Assembly (NCBI GenBank): GCA_016195025.1
Contig: JACQAL010000036.1
Coordinates: forward strand, 19,411-83,410
DNA length: 64,000 nt
Direction of reading: 5' to 3'
Source: Bacteroidota bacterium
Lineage (GTDB): Bacteria > Bacteroidota > Bacteroidia > Palsa-948
The position numbers and the translations under genes were made by a program. Below the pieces are notes generated by a model, which saw nothing but the letters and a program-made list of their open reading frames with translations, was not told the origin of the DNA and did not search any database. Of this stretch, positions 1 to 8,458 are shown piece by piece. Every line of letters begins with the position of its first letter. The stretch's first letter is position 1.

Positions 1-245
1 CTCCGTCAAAATCCCCTATGAAAATTGCCGAAGAGATGAACTTACTTCAGGAAAGTGATTCTGATTCATTAAGAGAATTGGCAAAGCAAGCCATTTTAAA
101 ATATCCGGAAAAAGTTTCCGAATATAAAAACGGAAAAGTTGGTTTGATAGGACTTTTCATGGGAGAAGTAATGAAACTTTCCAAAGGCAAAGCCGACCCG
201 AAGGTGGCAAATAAATTAGTAAAAGAAATGTTGGATAAAAGTTAA
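1..245 (+). CDS. gatB: Asp-tRNA(Asn)/Glu-tRNA(Gln) amidotransferase subunit B, C-terminal part (5'-partial)
   Basis: GatB/YqeY C-terminal motif YKNGKVGLIGLFMGEVMKLSKGKADPK; gene runs in from the window edge. Confidence 0.85.
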   Translation, partial: PSKSPMKIAEEMNLLQESDSDSLRELAKQAILKYPEKVSEYKNGKVGLIGLFMGEVMKLSKGKADPKVANKLVKEMLDKS

Positions 246-250
246 CTTTG
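243..250 (+). promoter_or_regulatory. Bacteroidota sigma-A -7 box (TAACTTTG)
   Basis: Exact TAnnTTTG match ending 4 nt before the ATG at 255. Confidence 0.55.
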
Positions 251-254
251 CAGT

Positions 255-1433
255 ATGAAAAAATATTTTTGGTTTTTACTTTTCGGTTTTTTGTTTCTGG
301 TTTCCTGCGGAGGCAATAAAGAAATTTCAGATTATCAGGTCGAGGGAAAATTATCAAACAGCAAGAAAGATACCATTCGGCTGGTGGATGTAAACTCCTC
401 GCAGATGAAAGTAATTGATTCTGCCATTGTGAATGAGAAGGGAGAATTTTATTTTACCAAAAAAGTTCCCGAAAAAGGATTTTACAGCATTCAGGTTTCG
501 GGAACAAATAATGTAACCATCATTGCCGACAGTTCAGAGAAAATAATTTTTGAAGGCGATGCAAAAAACCTGGCGGAGAAACCAAAGGTGAGCGGTTCGA
601 AAGATTCAGAAATGTTTCTTCGGTTTAATGAATCTACAAAAACAAATTTCAAAAAAATGGAAGCGCTTCGCATGCAGCAGGATTCCATCCGCAGAGTTTA
701 CGAAGCATACCTGAACACCACGCCCGATAAATTATTTCTCGATTCACTTTCGAAAATGCTGGAGCCCGTTTTCAATAAATTTTCTGACGAGTATAAGAAA
801 ACGGCAGATGAAACCAATTTGTACATCAAAAAATTCATAGATAAAAATCCATCTTCCTTCGCTTCGCTTGCGGCAGTGCAGATGCTGAATCCCGATAAAG
901 ACATTTCTTATTTTATAAAAGTGGCCGATTCGCTCACCGCAAAATATCCCGCAATAAAAAACCTGCAAGGGTTCAAGGAATTTGTTAACGGCAAGAAAAA
1001 ACTTTCCACCGGCATGGCAGCGCCTGAAATTACAATGAACGATAAAGACGGAAAACCGCTTTCGCTTTCTTCGCTGAAAGGAAAAATTGTGCTCGTTGAT
1101 TTCTGGGCATCGTGGTGCAAGCCATGCAGGGCGGAAAATCCATTTGTGGTTTCGCTCTATACTAAATACAAAGATAAAGGGCTGGATATTTTCAGCGTGT
1201 CACTCGATTTTAATAAAGATGCCTGGCTGAAAGCCATTGCGCACGATAAACTCTCCTGGAAAAATCATGTTACGGATTTGAAGCAATGGCAATCGCCTGT
1301 GGTTGCAGAATATGGTTTCCAGGGAATTCCTTTTACAGTTCTTCTCGATAAAAACGGAAATGTTGCCGGAAAAAATCTGGAAGGACCGGAACTCGAAGAA
1401 AAAATTAAGGAACTGCTGAATTGTAAGATGTAA
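255..1433 (+). CDS. TlpA/ResA-like thiol-disulfide oxidoreductase lipoprotein with DUF4369-like N-terminus
   Basis: Lipobox LVSC; C-terminal VDFWASWCKPC thioredoxin motif. Confidence 0.9.
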   Translation: MKKYFWFLLFGFLFLVSCGGNKEISDYQVEGKLSNSKKDTIRLVDVNSSQMKVIDSAIVNEKGEFYFTKKVPEKGFYSIQVSGTNNVTIIADSSEKIIFEGDAKNLAEKPKVSGSKDSEMFLRFNESTKTNFKKMEALRMQQDSIRRVYEAYLNTTPDKLFLDSLSKMLEPVFNKFSDEYKKTADETNLYIKKFIDKNPSSFASLAAVQMLNPDKDISYFIKVADSLTAKYPAIKNLQGFKEFVNGKKKLSTGMAAPEITMNDKDGKPLSLSSLKGKIVLVDFWASWCKPCRAENPFVVSLYTKYKDKGLDIFSVSLDFNKDAWLKAIAHDKLSWKNHVTDLKQWQSPVVAEYGFQGIPFTVLLDKNGNVAGKNLEGPELEEKIKELLNCKM

Positions 1434-1442
1434 ATTGTTTGC

Positions 1443-1778
1443 TTATCGCTTTCCTCCTCTCGGTTTCGGCTTGAACATACGGATAAGAAAAAATTCTTTT
1501 TTATTCTGGTTGATTCGGTTTGCCCTGCGCTGGTCGCGGTGCATACGTTTGCGCGTGGCTTTTGTCTGAAGCGATTTTTCATGCGCCCGCACTGCTTTTT
1601 TGTCTGCCCGTTCTTCGTTTCGTTTTGCTTTCCATTCCGCTTTGGCTTTTTTGCGTTTCATACGCCTTGTTTCCACATCGTTCTTTTTTTCAGTCGGAGT
1701 TTCTTTATTGTCCTGTGAAAAAACAGGAAATGAAATAAAAAGAAAAAAGACAAGAACTATTTTGAGCGTGAATTTCAT
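1443..1778 (-). CDS. Hypothetical exported, highly basic (Lys/Arg-rich) protein
   Basis: Signal peptide ending VFSQ; fills the gap between neighbours. Confidence 0.7.
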   Translation of the reverse strand: MKFTLKIVLVFFLFISFPVFSQDNKETPTEKKNDVETRRMKRKKAKAEWKAKRNEERADKKAVRAHEKSLQTKATRKRMHRDQRRANRINQNKKEFFLIRMFKPKPRGGKR

Positions 1779-1837
1779 TTTTCAGAATACAAGTTTAGAT
1801 AAAAATAATGTAACTTTGTTTCACCTTCAACAGAGAA

Positions 1838-2263
1838 ATGAACAAAGTTGTCAAATATTATTCCATAGTTTTTATGGCGCTTGTTTCTTTTTGCGGATGC
1901 AAGAAAAAAGATAACGATCGTGTTCCGAATGTGTATGTTGATATTTATGTGTATGCAACCGACCCCAATTTTTCACCTCTGAATGCGGTGAACGGCTATC
2001 AATATTTTAGTGGCGGCTCAAAGGGAATTATTGCTTTCCGAAAATCGCAAAATGAAATTATGGCATACGACCGGCACTGCACTTACCAGGTTTCAGATGG
2101 AAATGCCGCGAGCGTTGATGCCAGCGGCTTAATTGCCGTTGACGGAGTGTGCGGTTCAAAATTTTTACTCACCGATGGCTCTGTAAATGCAGGCCCTGCT
2201 TCTGTTCCTCTCAAACGCTATCAAACCACTTTTGACGGAAGCGTTTTACATATCTTCAATTAA
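1838..2263 (+). CDS. Rieske-like lipoprotein with degenerate cluster ligands
   Basis: Lipobox-like FCGC; AYDRHCTY...CGSKF...GPA..PLKRY Rieske-fold pattern; TAACTTTG box at 1811-1818. Confidence 0.75.
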   Translation: MNKVVKYYSIVFMALVSFCGCKKKDNDRVPNVYVDIYVYATDPNFSPLNAVNGYQYFSGGSKGIIAFRKSQNEIMAYDRHCTYQVSDGNAASVDASGLIAVDGVCGSKFLLTDGSVNAGPASVPLKRYQTTFDGSVLHIFN

Positions 2264-2266
2264 AGT

Positions 2267-3232
2267 ATGATTGTAGTCACAGGAGCTGCAGGATTTATCG
2301 GAAGTTGTTTGGTTTCGAAACTGAATCAGGAAGGATTTAAAGATATTGTGGTGGTAGATGACTTTTCACGTGAAGAGAAAAATAAAAATCTTTCCGGAAA
2401 AATAGTTTCAAAAAATATTCACCGCGATGATTTTTCGGCCTGGCTGAAGGAAAATCACCGCATGGTGCAGTTTGTTTTTCATATTGGCGCAAGAACAGAC
2501 ACTGCCGAATTTGATAAAACGATTTTCGACAAACTCAATCTCAACTATTCAAAAAAAATATGGAGCATTTGCGTGGAGTTTGGTCTTCCGCTCGTGTATG
2601 CTTCTTCTGCGGCTACGTATGGAGCAGGGGAATTTGGCTACGATGACAATCACGCTCTCGTTGAAAAATTAAAACCGCTGAATCCTTACGGAGAATCAAA
2701 AAATGAATTTGATAAATGGGCTTTGAAGCAGGAGCGCAAACCTTACTTCTGGTGCGGACTGAAATTTTTCAATGTATACGGTCCGAATGAATATCATAAA
2801 GGAAGAATGGCATCGGTGATTTTTCATGCGTTCAATCAAATTCAGGAAACCGGTAAAGTAAAATTATTCCGCTCGCATAATCCGAAATATAAAAACGGAG
2901 AACAGTTGCGGGATTTTGTATACGTAAAAGATGTAACCGATGTCTGCTTATGGTTTTTGCGCACACGGAAAAATTCCGGCATTTACAATTTGGGTTCGGG
3001 CACGGCAAGAACATTTTTAGATTTGGCAAATACTGTTTTTTTATCGCTCGGGAAAAAACCAACCGTTGAATTTATAGATACGCCTGCTGATATTCGCGAT
3101 AAATACCAATACTTCACCGAAGCAAAAATGGAAAAATTAAAAAATGCAGGATGCGAAATTAAATTCACTTCGCTGGAAGAAGGAATTAATGATTACGCGG
3201 TAAATTATCTTGAAGAAAAAAAATATTATTAG
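2267..3232 (+). CDS. rfaD: ADP-L-glycero-D-manno-heptose 6-epimerase
   Basis: TGAAGFIGS, YASSAATYG, YGESK, FNVYGPNEYHKGRMASV motifs. Confidence 0.95.
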   Translation: MIVVTGAAGFIGSCLVSKLNQEGFKDIVVVDDFSREEKNKNLSGKIVSKNIHRDDFSAWLKENHRMVQFVFHIGARTDTAEFDKTIFDKLNLNYSKKIWSICVEFGLPLVYASSAATYGAGEFGYDDNHALVEKLKPLNPYGESKNEFDKWALKQERKPYFWCGLKFFNVYGPNEYHKGRMASVIFHAFNQIQETGKVKLFRSHNPKYKNGEQLRDFVYVKDVTDVCLWFLRTRKNSGIYNLGSGTARTFLDLANTVFLSLGKKPTVEFIDTPADIRDKYQYFTEAKMEKLKNAGCEIKFTSLEEGINDYAVNYLEEKKYY

Positions 3233-3933
3233 CGGCTCACGCACATTTTCCCCGAAGAAATGTTTTCATTCCCGGAAATCAAATCGTAGGAGTAAACTCC
3301 GGCAGGCAAATCAAGATTCATAACATTAATCCCCTGCCCTACCCTGTTCGTGCTTACTGCGCTTCCGTAAATATTGTAGAACACAAGCGTCATGCTGCCT
3401 GTGTTTTTCTCAGATGAAATTGCTATGCTGAAATTTTCTCCTGCCATTACGGGTGACGGATAAATTTTCACATTCGCTTTTCCTGTGGAATGTTCATTCA
3501 CGCCAGCCACGCATAAGGTAGAACAATAATAGCGCTGATACAAAGTATTGGAAGGAGTGCTTACATTTTTAAATTTGAAATAGCAGGTGCCGCTGTCAAC
3601 AGTGGTAGTATAAAAATGCAGAATAAATTTTTGATGCGCATTAGACGCAAGAGAAAAACGCACGCTGTCTTTTGTGGGAAGATAGCATACATTGAGGCAA
3701 AATGCAGTTGTCCAGCCGGAAGCCGCCACATTCTGCACGCGCACCACATCTATATCGAGCGTATTGGGAGTGCTATTATAAATGGTGTCGCCCAAATAAC
3801 ATTCAATATCCTTGCCGGCAGTATCGCATCTGGATGTATCGGGCATGGCAATGGTGAGTGCCTGCGAAAATCCTTCTACTACGCCTAAGAGGCTGCTCAG
3901 GATGACAACTATCAAGAGTAATAATTTTTTCAT
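3229..3933 (-). CDS. T9SS type A sorting domain-containing secreted protein
   Basis: Signal peptide; C-terminal IYPSP...YNIYG...LPAGVY...SGK. Confidence 0.8.
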   Translation of the reverse strand: MKKLLLLIVVILSSLLGVVEGFSQALTIAMPDTSRCDTAGKDIECYLGDTIYNSTPNTLDIDVVRVQNVAASGWTTAFCLNVCYLPTKDSVRFSLASNAHQKFILHFYTTTVDSGTCYFKFKNVSTPSNTLYQRYYCSTLCVAGVNEHSTGKANVKIYPSPVMAGENFSIAISSEKNTGSMTLVFYNIYGSAVSTNRVGQGINVMNLDLPAGVYSYDLISGNENISSGKMCVSR

Positions 3934-4075
3934 ACTAAATTTTTTACAAAGTAATTCATCCGGTGTTTATTCCTGAAACTAAATGTACTCGGTTTTTTAA
4001 TATTCTACAGAACAAAATTAGAATTAATTAACTGCTATGCAACAAAATGGCGCTGGCAAAATTAATTTTGATACC

Positions 4076-4777
4076 TTATTTTGTAACGGCAATTTTTCCT
4101 GTCTTCAAAAGAGAATTCCGGTTAATTAAATTGTAAATATAAATTCCCTGCGGAAGATTCATGGAAAAATAATTATCTCCGCTTACCAGCCCGTCAATGT
4201 GAGAAGCGCGGTTCCCGCACACATCATAAACAATAAGAGAATAGTTGCCTTCTATATGCCGCCTGTCAGAAATACGGAAGCAGAATGTGCTTCCCGCAAT
4301 TACTGGCGAAGGAAAAAGCTGAACGCTTACATCCTCTGCAATTTCATTTGCGTGTAATCCCTTTACAGTGATTCCAACAAACTTTTTGTAAAAAACATTG
4401 GTTGAATCAGATTCATTTCTGAATCTTACAATCACCGTGGAAGTATCGGCAACAGAGTCGGAATAAAAGTGCATGCGAAACACGCCTGCCGACTGTGCGT
4501 AAAAATATTCATTGGCGCTGTCCACCCATTGAGGATAGCAAACATCAAGGCAGAGAGAAGTTCCCCAGCCGGGAGCGGTATCGTTCAGGACGCGAATGGC
4601 GTCCACCCACAATCCTTTATTGGAAGTATTCTTCAAACTATCTTCGCAATAAAACGCATCGCCCGGATTTGCATATTCTACGGTATCGGTTCCCAAGAAA
4701 ATAACACTCTGCGCAAAACTTTTAGAAGTAAAAACAGTAAGCAATAAACAAACGGAAAGAAAAAAAATTTTTCTCAT
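4076..4777 (-). CDS. T9SS type A sorting domain-containing secreted protein, paralog of 3229-3933
   Basis: Shared RV.N...GW.T..CL.VCY motif; CTD LFPSP...YDVCG...LPQGIY...TGKI. Confidence 0.8.
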   Translation of the reverse strand: MRKIFFLSVCLLLTVFTSKSFAQSVIFLGTDTVEYANPGDAFYCEDSLKNTSNKGLWVDAIRVLNDTAPGWGTSLCLDVCYPQWVDSANEYFYAQSAGVFRMHFYSDSVADTSTVIVRFRNESDSTNVFYKKFVGITVKGLHANEIAEDVSVQLFPSPVIAGSTFCFRISDRRHIEGNYSLIVYDVCGNRASHIDGLVSGDNYFSMNLPQGIYIYNLINRNSLLKTGKIAVTK

Positions 4778-4780
4778 CCT

Positions 4781-5770
4781 TTATTCAATTATAATTTTCC
4801 CGGAAGAAACAGTTCCGTTTTCATCGCTGAGTTTGTAAAAATAAATTCCATGCCCCGTCCCTGAAGGGAGAGAGACCTGAATGGTTGAATTGTTGGATGG
4901 CTGGATGGTTGATGCAAAAACTTTTTCTCCAAACACATTGTATATTTCTAAACCGGAAACAGCAGACCGTAAACCGGAAACTGTAAATCTGCCGTCAGCC
5001 GATGGATTGGGATAAACAGAAATAGTTGATGAAACATTCGGCTCGTTTACGGAAGTGAGCACAGCAAGCAACTGGTCAATGCAGGGAGCCATTTCGTTGG
5101 GCGCTTTGTCAAACCAGCCGTGCTTGCAGTAAACTTTTCCATCAGCGGGGTTAATGAGGTACGCATTGTTGGGTGCAGGACCAAAGTGCGTCCAGAACTC
5201 GTTGCACGGACCATCAATTACCATAGGAATACTTGGATTTGCCGGTGTATAACAGGCGCAGGTATTGTTCACCATATCGGTGGCAGTTGCTTTTCGCTGA
5301 CCATAAGTGGTTTCCTGAAGATATTTGATTGTGTTCGGATTCGGGTCCCATACATTGCAACTATAAGGGCTTACATCCGGAGATTTGGGATGCGCTTCGC
5401 AAACATACACTACCAGGAAATTTACCTTGCTTCCGTATTTGCTAAAAAGCATATTTAAACTATCCGTTTTGCCGCGCCAAACGGGGCAGGTATAACTTCC
5501 CGCCACAATGCAAAGCGGCTTGCCGGTGTTAATTAACGTTTGCGCATTGTAAGGAGTTCCTGAAATAGTATAAAGCGTAAAATCGGGAATGAGCGTGCCC
5601 ACGAGGTAACCATCGGTATCAAAGTTGTAACTTCCCGAACAGGCAGGCGTGCAAACGCTGCTATTATCGGGCGGAAGAACGGAAACCCCGATGGTTGGAG
5701 CCAGCGTGGCCTGGGAAAACAAAGCAATGGAAAAAAGAATGGCGGAGGTGAGGGTAAAAAGTTTTTTCAT
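4781..5770 (-). CDS. Iodothyronine deiodinase-like thioredoxin-fold protein with T9SS CTD
   Basis: GSYTCP and VYVCEAHP motifs resemble deiodinase GSCT(U/C)P and YIxEAH; C-terminal VYPNPS...GIYF...GKIII. Confidence 0.7.
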   Translation of the reverse strand: MKKLFTLTSAILFSIALFSQATLAPTIGVSVLPPDNSSVCTPACSGSYNFDTDGYLVGTLIPDFTLYTISGTPYNAQTLINTGKPLCIVAGSYTCPVWRGKTDSLNMLFSKYGSKVNFLVVYVCEAHPKSPDVSPYSCNVWDPNPNTIKYLQETTYGQRKATATDMVNNTCACYTPANPSIPMVIDGPCNEFWTHFGPAPNNAYLINPADGKVYCKHGWFDKAPNEMAPCIDQLLAVLTSVNEPNVSSTISVYPNPSADGRFTVSGLRSAVSGLEIYNVFGEKVFASTIQPSNNSTIQVSLPSGTGHGIYFYKLSDENGTVSSGKIIIE

Positions 5771-5782
5771 CTGTAAAATTTA

Positions 5783-6124
5783 TTAGTTGATGTTAATTGA
5801 AACGCTTTTTGTTTTGGATTGCTTGCCCGGGTGGTTCACCGTGCACGATACCGTTATTTGCGAAGCACCTGCCGGAGCATTATACACCACCTGAGCGCTG
5901 CTGCCGCTGATGCTTCCTGAATTTACAGACCAATGGTAGGTTATTTCGGGGCAGGCATTCTGCACGGTGGCGGTTATTTTGGTGGATGCCGATTTGGAAA
6001 GCGTATACGTATCGGCAGAAAGATTGGTGAATTGAATCTCATCATTCGTTTTGGACGCACCTGGCTTCAGGCAGGAAGAGAAAACGATGGCAATAAAACC
6101 AATAAAAAGAAGAAGTTTTTTCAT
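5783..6124 (-). CDS. Small lipoprotein with Ig/PKD-like domain
   Basis: Lipobox FSSC; TYHWSVNSGSISGSS..V.Y.AP pattern. Confidence 0.75.
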   Translation of the reverse strand: MKKLLLFIGFIAIVFSSCLKPGASKTNDEIQFTNLSADTYTLSKSASTKITATVQNACPEITYHWSVNSGSISGSSAQVVYNAPAGASQITVSCTVNHPGKQSKTKSVSININ

Positions 6125-6190
6125 GTTGAAAGATTGTTAAGGATGGATTTGTCCTTAGACGTATAAAGGTAGTAAAAGGTTACAGAAAAA

Positions 6191-6424
6191 CTAAAGTATT
6201 CCTATATACCAGCCCCAATCCTGCCCGTCACCCCAGTTCAATGTACCATCTAATCTTCTTGATTCTGCAGGCAAACTGCAACCATCGCAATCACCTATTT
6301 TCACGAAATTATTATTAAGCCGGTATCTATAATACCAATACTTTCCATGGTTCTCCACTGGGCTTTGAGAGAAAACCTCTAAATGACAAAAGATAAAAAA
6401 TAAAATTATTATTATTCTATTCAT
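6191..6424 (-). pseudogene. Probable 5' fragment of a larger secreted protein
   Basis: Signal peptide (VFSQ) plus about 55 residues (KYWYYRYRL...WGD...GWYIGIL) ending abruptly at the edge of a lower-GC block. Confidence 0.5.
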
Positions 6425-6867
6425 AAAAATCCACAATAGTCTGTTGTTTTTTTTAATTTTAAGTAATATTCTTTATTATTATAAGTAGTTTTTAACCAAA
6501 ATTCTTTATTTGTTAAACGTTGTATTGCCCATTCGGTATCATCTGGATATAAAAAAAGAGGAGGATAACCATATACACGCGTAACAATTATATGTGTTCG
6601 ACCATCGAAACTTAACCTCCCATCCCTCCCATTGCGACCAATTTTAGAATAATCTTCTCCTTTATATCCAATTGTATATCCTCCACGATTATGTCCAATT
6701 CCCGTTGAGTCTGCATTATCAATAAGAACGGTTTCCACATTCCAATCTCCCCTTATTCTACGCGTTGCACCTCTCAAACTAATACACGGTCCCTCAGGAT
6801 ATTTTTTGCAATCGGTGATGCAAAACGTAATGAGTAGGAAAAACAATATGTGTTTTTTATATTTCAT
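6421..6867 (-). CDS. Hypothetical lipoprotein, lipocalin-like
   Basis: MKYKKHILFF start, lipobox ITDC, CKKYPEGP...GDW...W.I.RLTNKEFWLK pattern. Confidence 0.7.
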   Translation of the reverse strand: MKYKKHILFFLLITFCITDCKKYPEGPCISLRGATRRIRGDWNVETVLIDNADSTGIGHNRGGYTIGYKGEDYSKIGRNGRDGRLSFDGRTHIIVTRVYGYPPLFLYPDDTEWAIQRLTNKEFWLKTTYNNKEYYLKLKKTTDYCGFL

Positions 6868-6874
6868 ATTCTTA

Positions 6875-7084
6875 CTACTTGATTTTATTTTCCAACTTTT
6901 CAATTTTATCCGATAATAGTTCAATCATTTTATCCTGCTTCTCCAATTTGTTTTTCAACTCCTTATTCTCTTTATCTTTTTCCACCATGTATATAAATAA
7001 TTCTTCTATGGATTGCTGGTGCAGGTAGAGCATATCATTTATGCTCATACCATTTGATAGGATTTCTTTTTCGCTGGGATAATT
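6875..7084 (-). pseudogene. 3' remnant of a gene ending in the Bacteroidota S74-chaperone-like coiled-coil tail
   Basis: Hand translation YPSEKEILSNGMSINDMLYLHQQSIEELFIYMVEKDKENKELKNKLEKQDKMIELLSDKIEKLENKIK*, resembling PSxxEVxxxGxxxxxMxxxLLxKIEELTLY; frame closed upstream by TAA at 7085-7087; not in ORF track. Confidence 0.6.
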
Positions 7085-7258
7085 TTACGGAAATGTTTGC
7101 GAAAGGTTTCAGAAAAGGAGAGAAAAAAATCAACCGCTCCCTCTCCGTGCTGTTAACAATTTTTAACATCCTTCTTCAAATAAACTTCCTCCTGCTGCCG
7201 TTAGAACATTTATAAAAACAACCGCATGCAAAAAAAATTACGCTAACGCTTATGCACC

Positions 7259-7504
7259 GTGAGCATAAAAGAAATAGAATACGTCCTCTCCAGGATAGGA
7301 GAAGAACAAGCCGAAGAATTTTATAAATATTTTCGCAGCCGCAGGTTTTCTTTTTCCGCCATTCATAAATATATCGAGTTAAAAAAACTGCTTCCTGCCA
7401 TCACTTCGAGCAAGCCGGTGCAACTCATTGCCCGCCAGTTTCACAAATCACGAATGTTTGTTTACCGTCTTAGAAAAAAATTCAACCGCAAACCACCCCC
7501 CTGA
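7259..7504 (+). CDS. Small basic HTH protein, Mor/C transcription activator-like
   Basis: IGEEQAEEFYKYF N-terminal helix and C-terminal IARQFHKSRMFVYRLRK HTH; GTG start. Confidence 0.5.
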   Translation: MSIKEIEYVLSRIGEEQAEEFYKYFRSRRFSFSAIHKYIELKKLLPAITSSKPVQLIARQFHKSRMFVYRLRKKFNRKPPP

Positions 7505-7669
7505 AAATTTTGTAACAGGTTGGGCAAACATGTTACAACGCCCCCGCGTTATAGCATAAGAAATAAAATCAACCGCAAAAAGATGAAGCAACTTTACTCA
7601 GGCGCGAACTAAAATTCAAACCGAATCACGAACAATAAAGTTTGTGATAACTGTTAAAACAAAAATAAA

Positions 7670-8377
7670 ATGAAACGTATTTTTTTCGCAGTCATGCACT
7701 GCACGCCCAAGCAATTCGGAAAATTATTTCAATTGCTCAACAAAGTGATTGGCAAACTCACTGCTAATTCCAACATCTACGGCAATCCCGACCCTTCGCT
7801 GGGTGTTCTGCAAAACGAGGTGGTGCCTTTTGAAAAAGCCATTGCCGATGCAAAAAAAGGAGGCAGCGAAGCCACCGAAGCCCGCAACAAGGAAGCGCTG
7901 AAAGTTCACGGCTTGCTCAAAGAGGAACTTACCTATGTGAACAAGGTTGCAAAGAACGACAAGGACACCATTCTTCTTTCGGGTTTTGATGCAAGCGAAG
8001 AGCCGGAACCCGCTGAAGTTCCCGATGCTCCTGTAATTAAAAAAATTGACGATGGCGATTCACCGGGCACTGCAAAAATTTTTCTGGCGAAAACCACCAG
8101 CCCGCTCCTGACCAAAAAACAGAAATTAACTTTCATAATAGAAATGACCACCACCGTTTCTGATGAAAGCAGTTTCAAAACAGTTTTGCTCACGCATAAT
8201 TCAAAAAAACTGATTGTGCCCAACCTCGTTCGCGGGCAGGAAGTGTTCATTCGTATTTCGGTAATGAACGCCCGCGGGCAGAGCAACTGGAGTACGGTCG
8301 TTTCTTTCATTTCAAGAACGGGAGTAAACCCTCCATCGCCATCGCCCAATCCGAATCCGCTGCCGCCTGCCGTTTAA
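7670..8377 (+). CDS. Helical N-domain plus fibronectin type III domain protein with Pro-rich tail, no signal peptide
   Basis: N..Y.NPDP.L...A..GG...RN...YV..VA..D...ILLSGF N-domain; NLVRGQEVFIRISVMNARGQSNWS FN3 end. Confidence 0.8.
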   Translation: MKRIFFAVMHCTPKQFGKLFQLLNKVIGKLTANSNIYGNPDPSLGVLQNEVVPFEKAIADAKKGGSEATEARNKEALKVHGLLKEELTYVNKVAKNDKDTILLSGFDASEEPEPAEVPDAPVIKKIDDGDSPGTAKIFLAKTTSPLLTKKQKLTFIIEMTTTVSDESSFKTVLLTHNSKKLIVPNLVRGQEVFIRISVMNARGQSNWSTVVSFISRTGVNPPSPSPNPNPLPPAV

Positions 8378-8389
8378 CCGTCATGGAGC

Positions 8390-8441
8390 AGCCCTGCCTG
8401 TCATCACTAAACAAAAAAACCGATGGCGGGCAGGGCTTTTT
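8390..8441 (+). terminator. Intrinsic terminator after the FN3 gene
   Basis: AGCCCTGCCTGTCATC pairs with GATGGCGGGCAGGGCT (16 bp, two G-U), followed by a T run. Confidence 0.75.
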
Positions 8442-8458
8442 CGTAACCGTTCGCGGAG

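Noticed and set aside
4781-5770. Selenoprotein
   Set aside because: Active-site codon is TGC (Cys); no in-frame TGA
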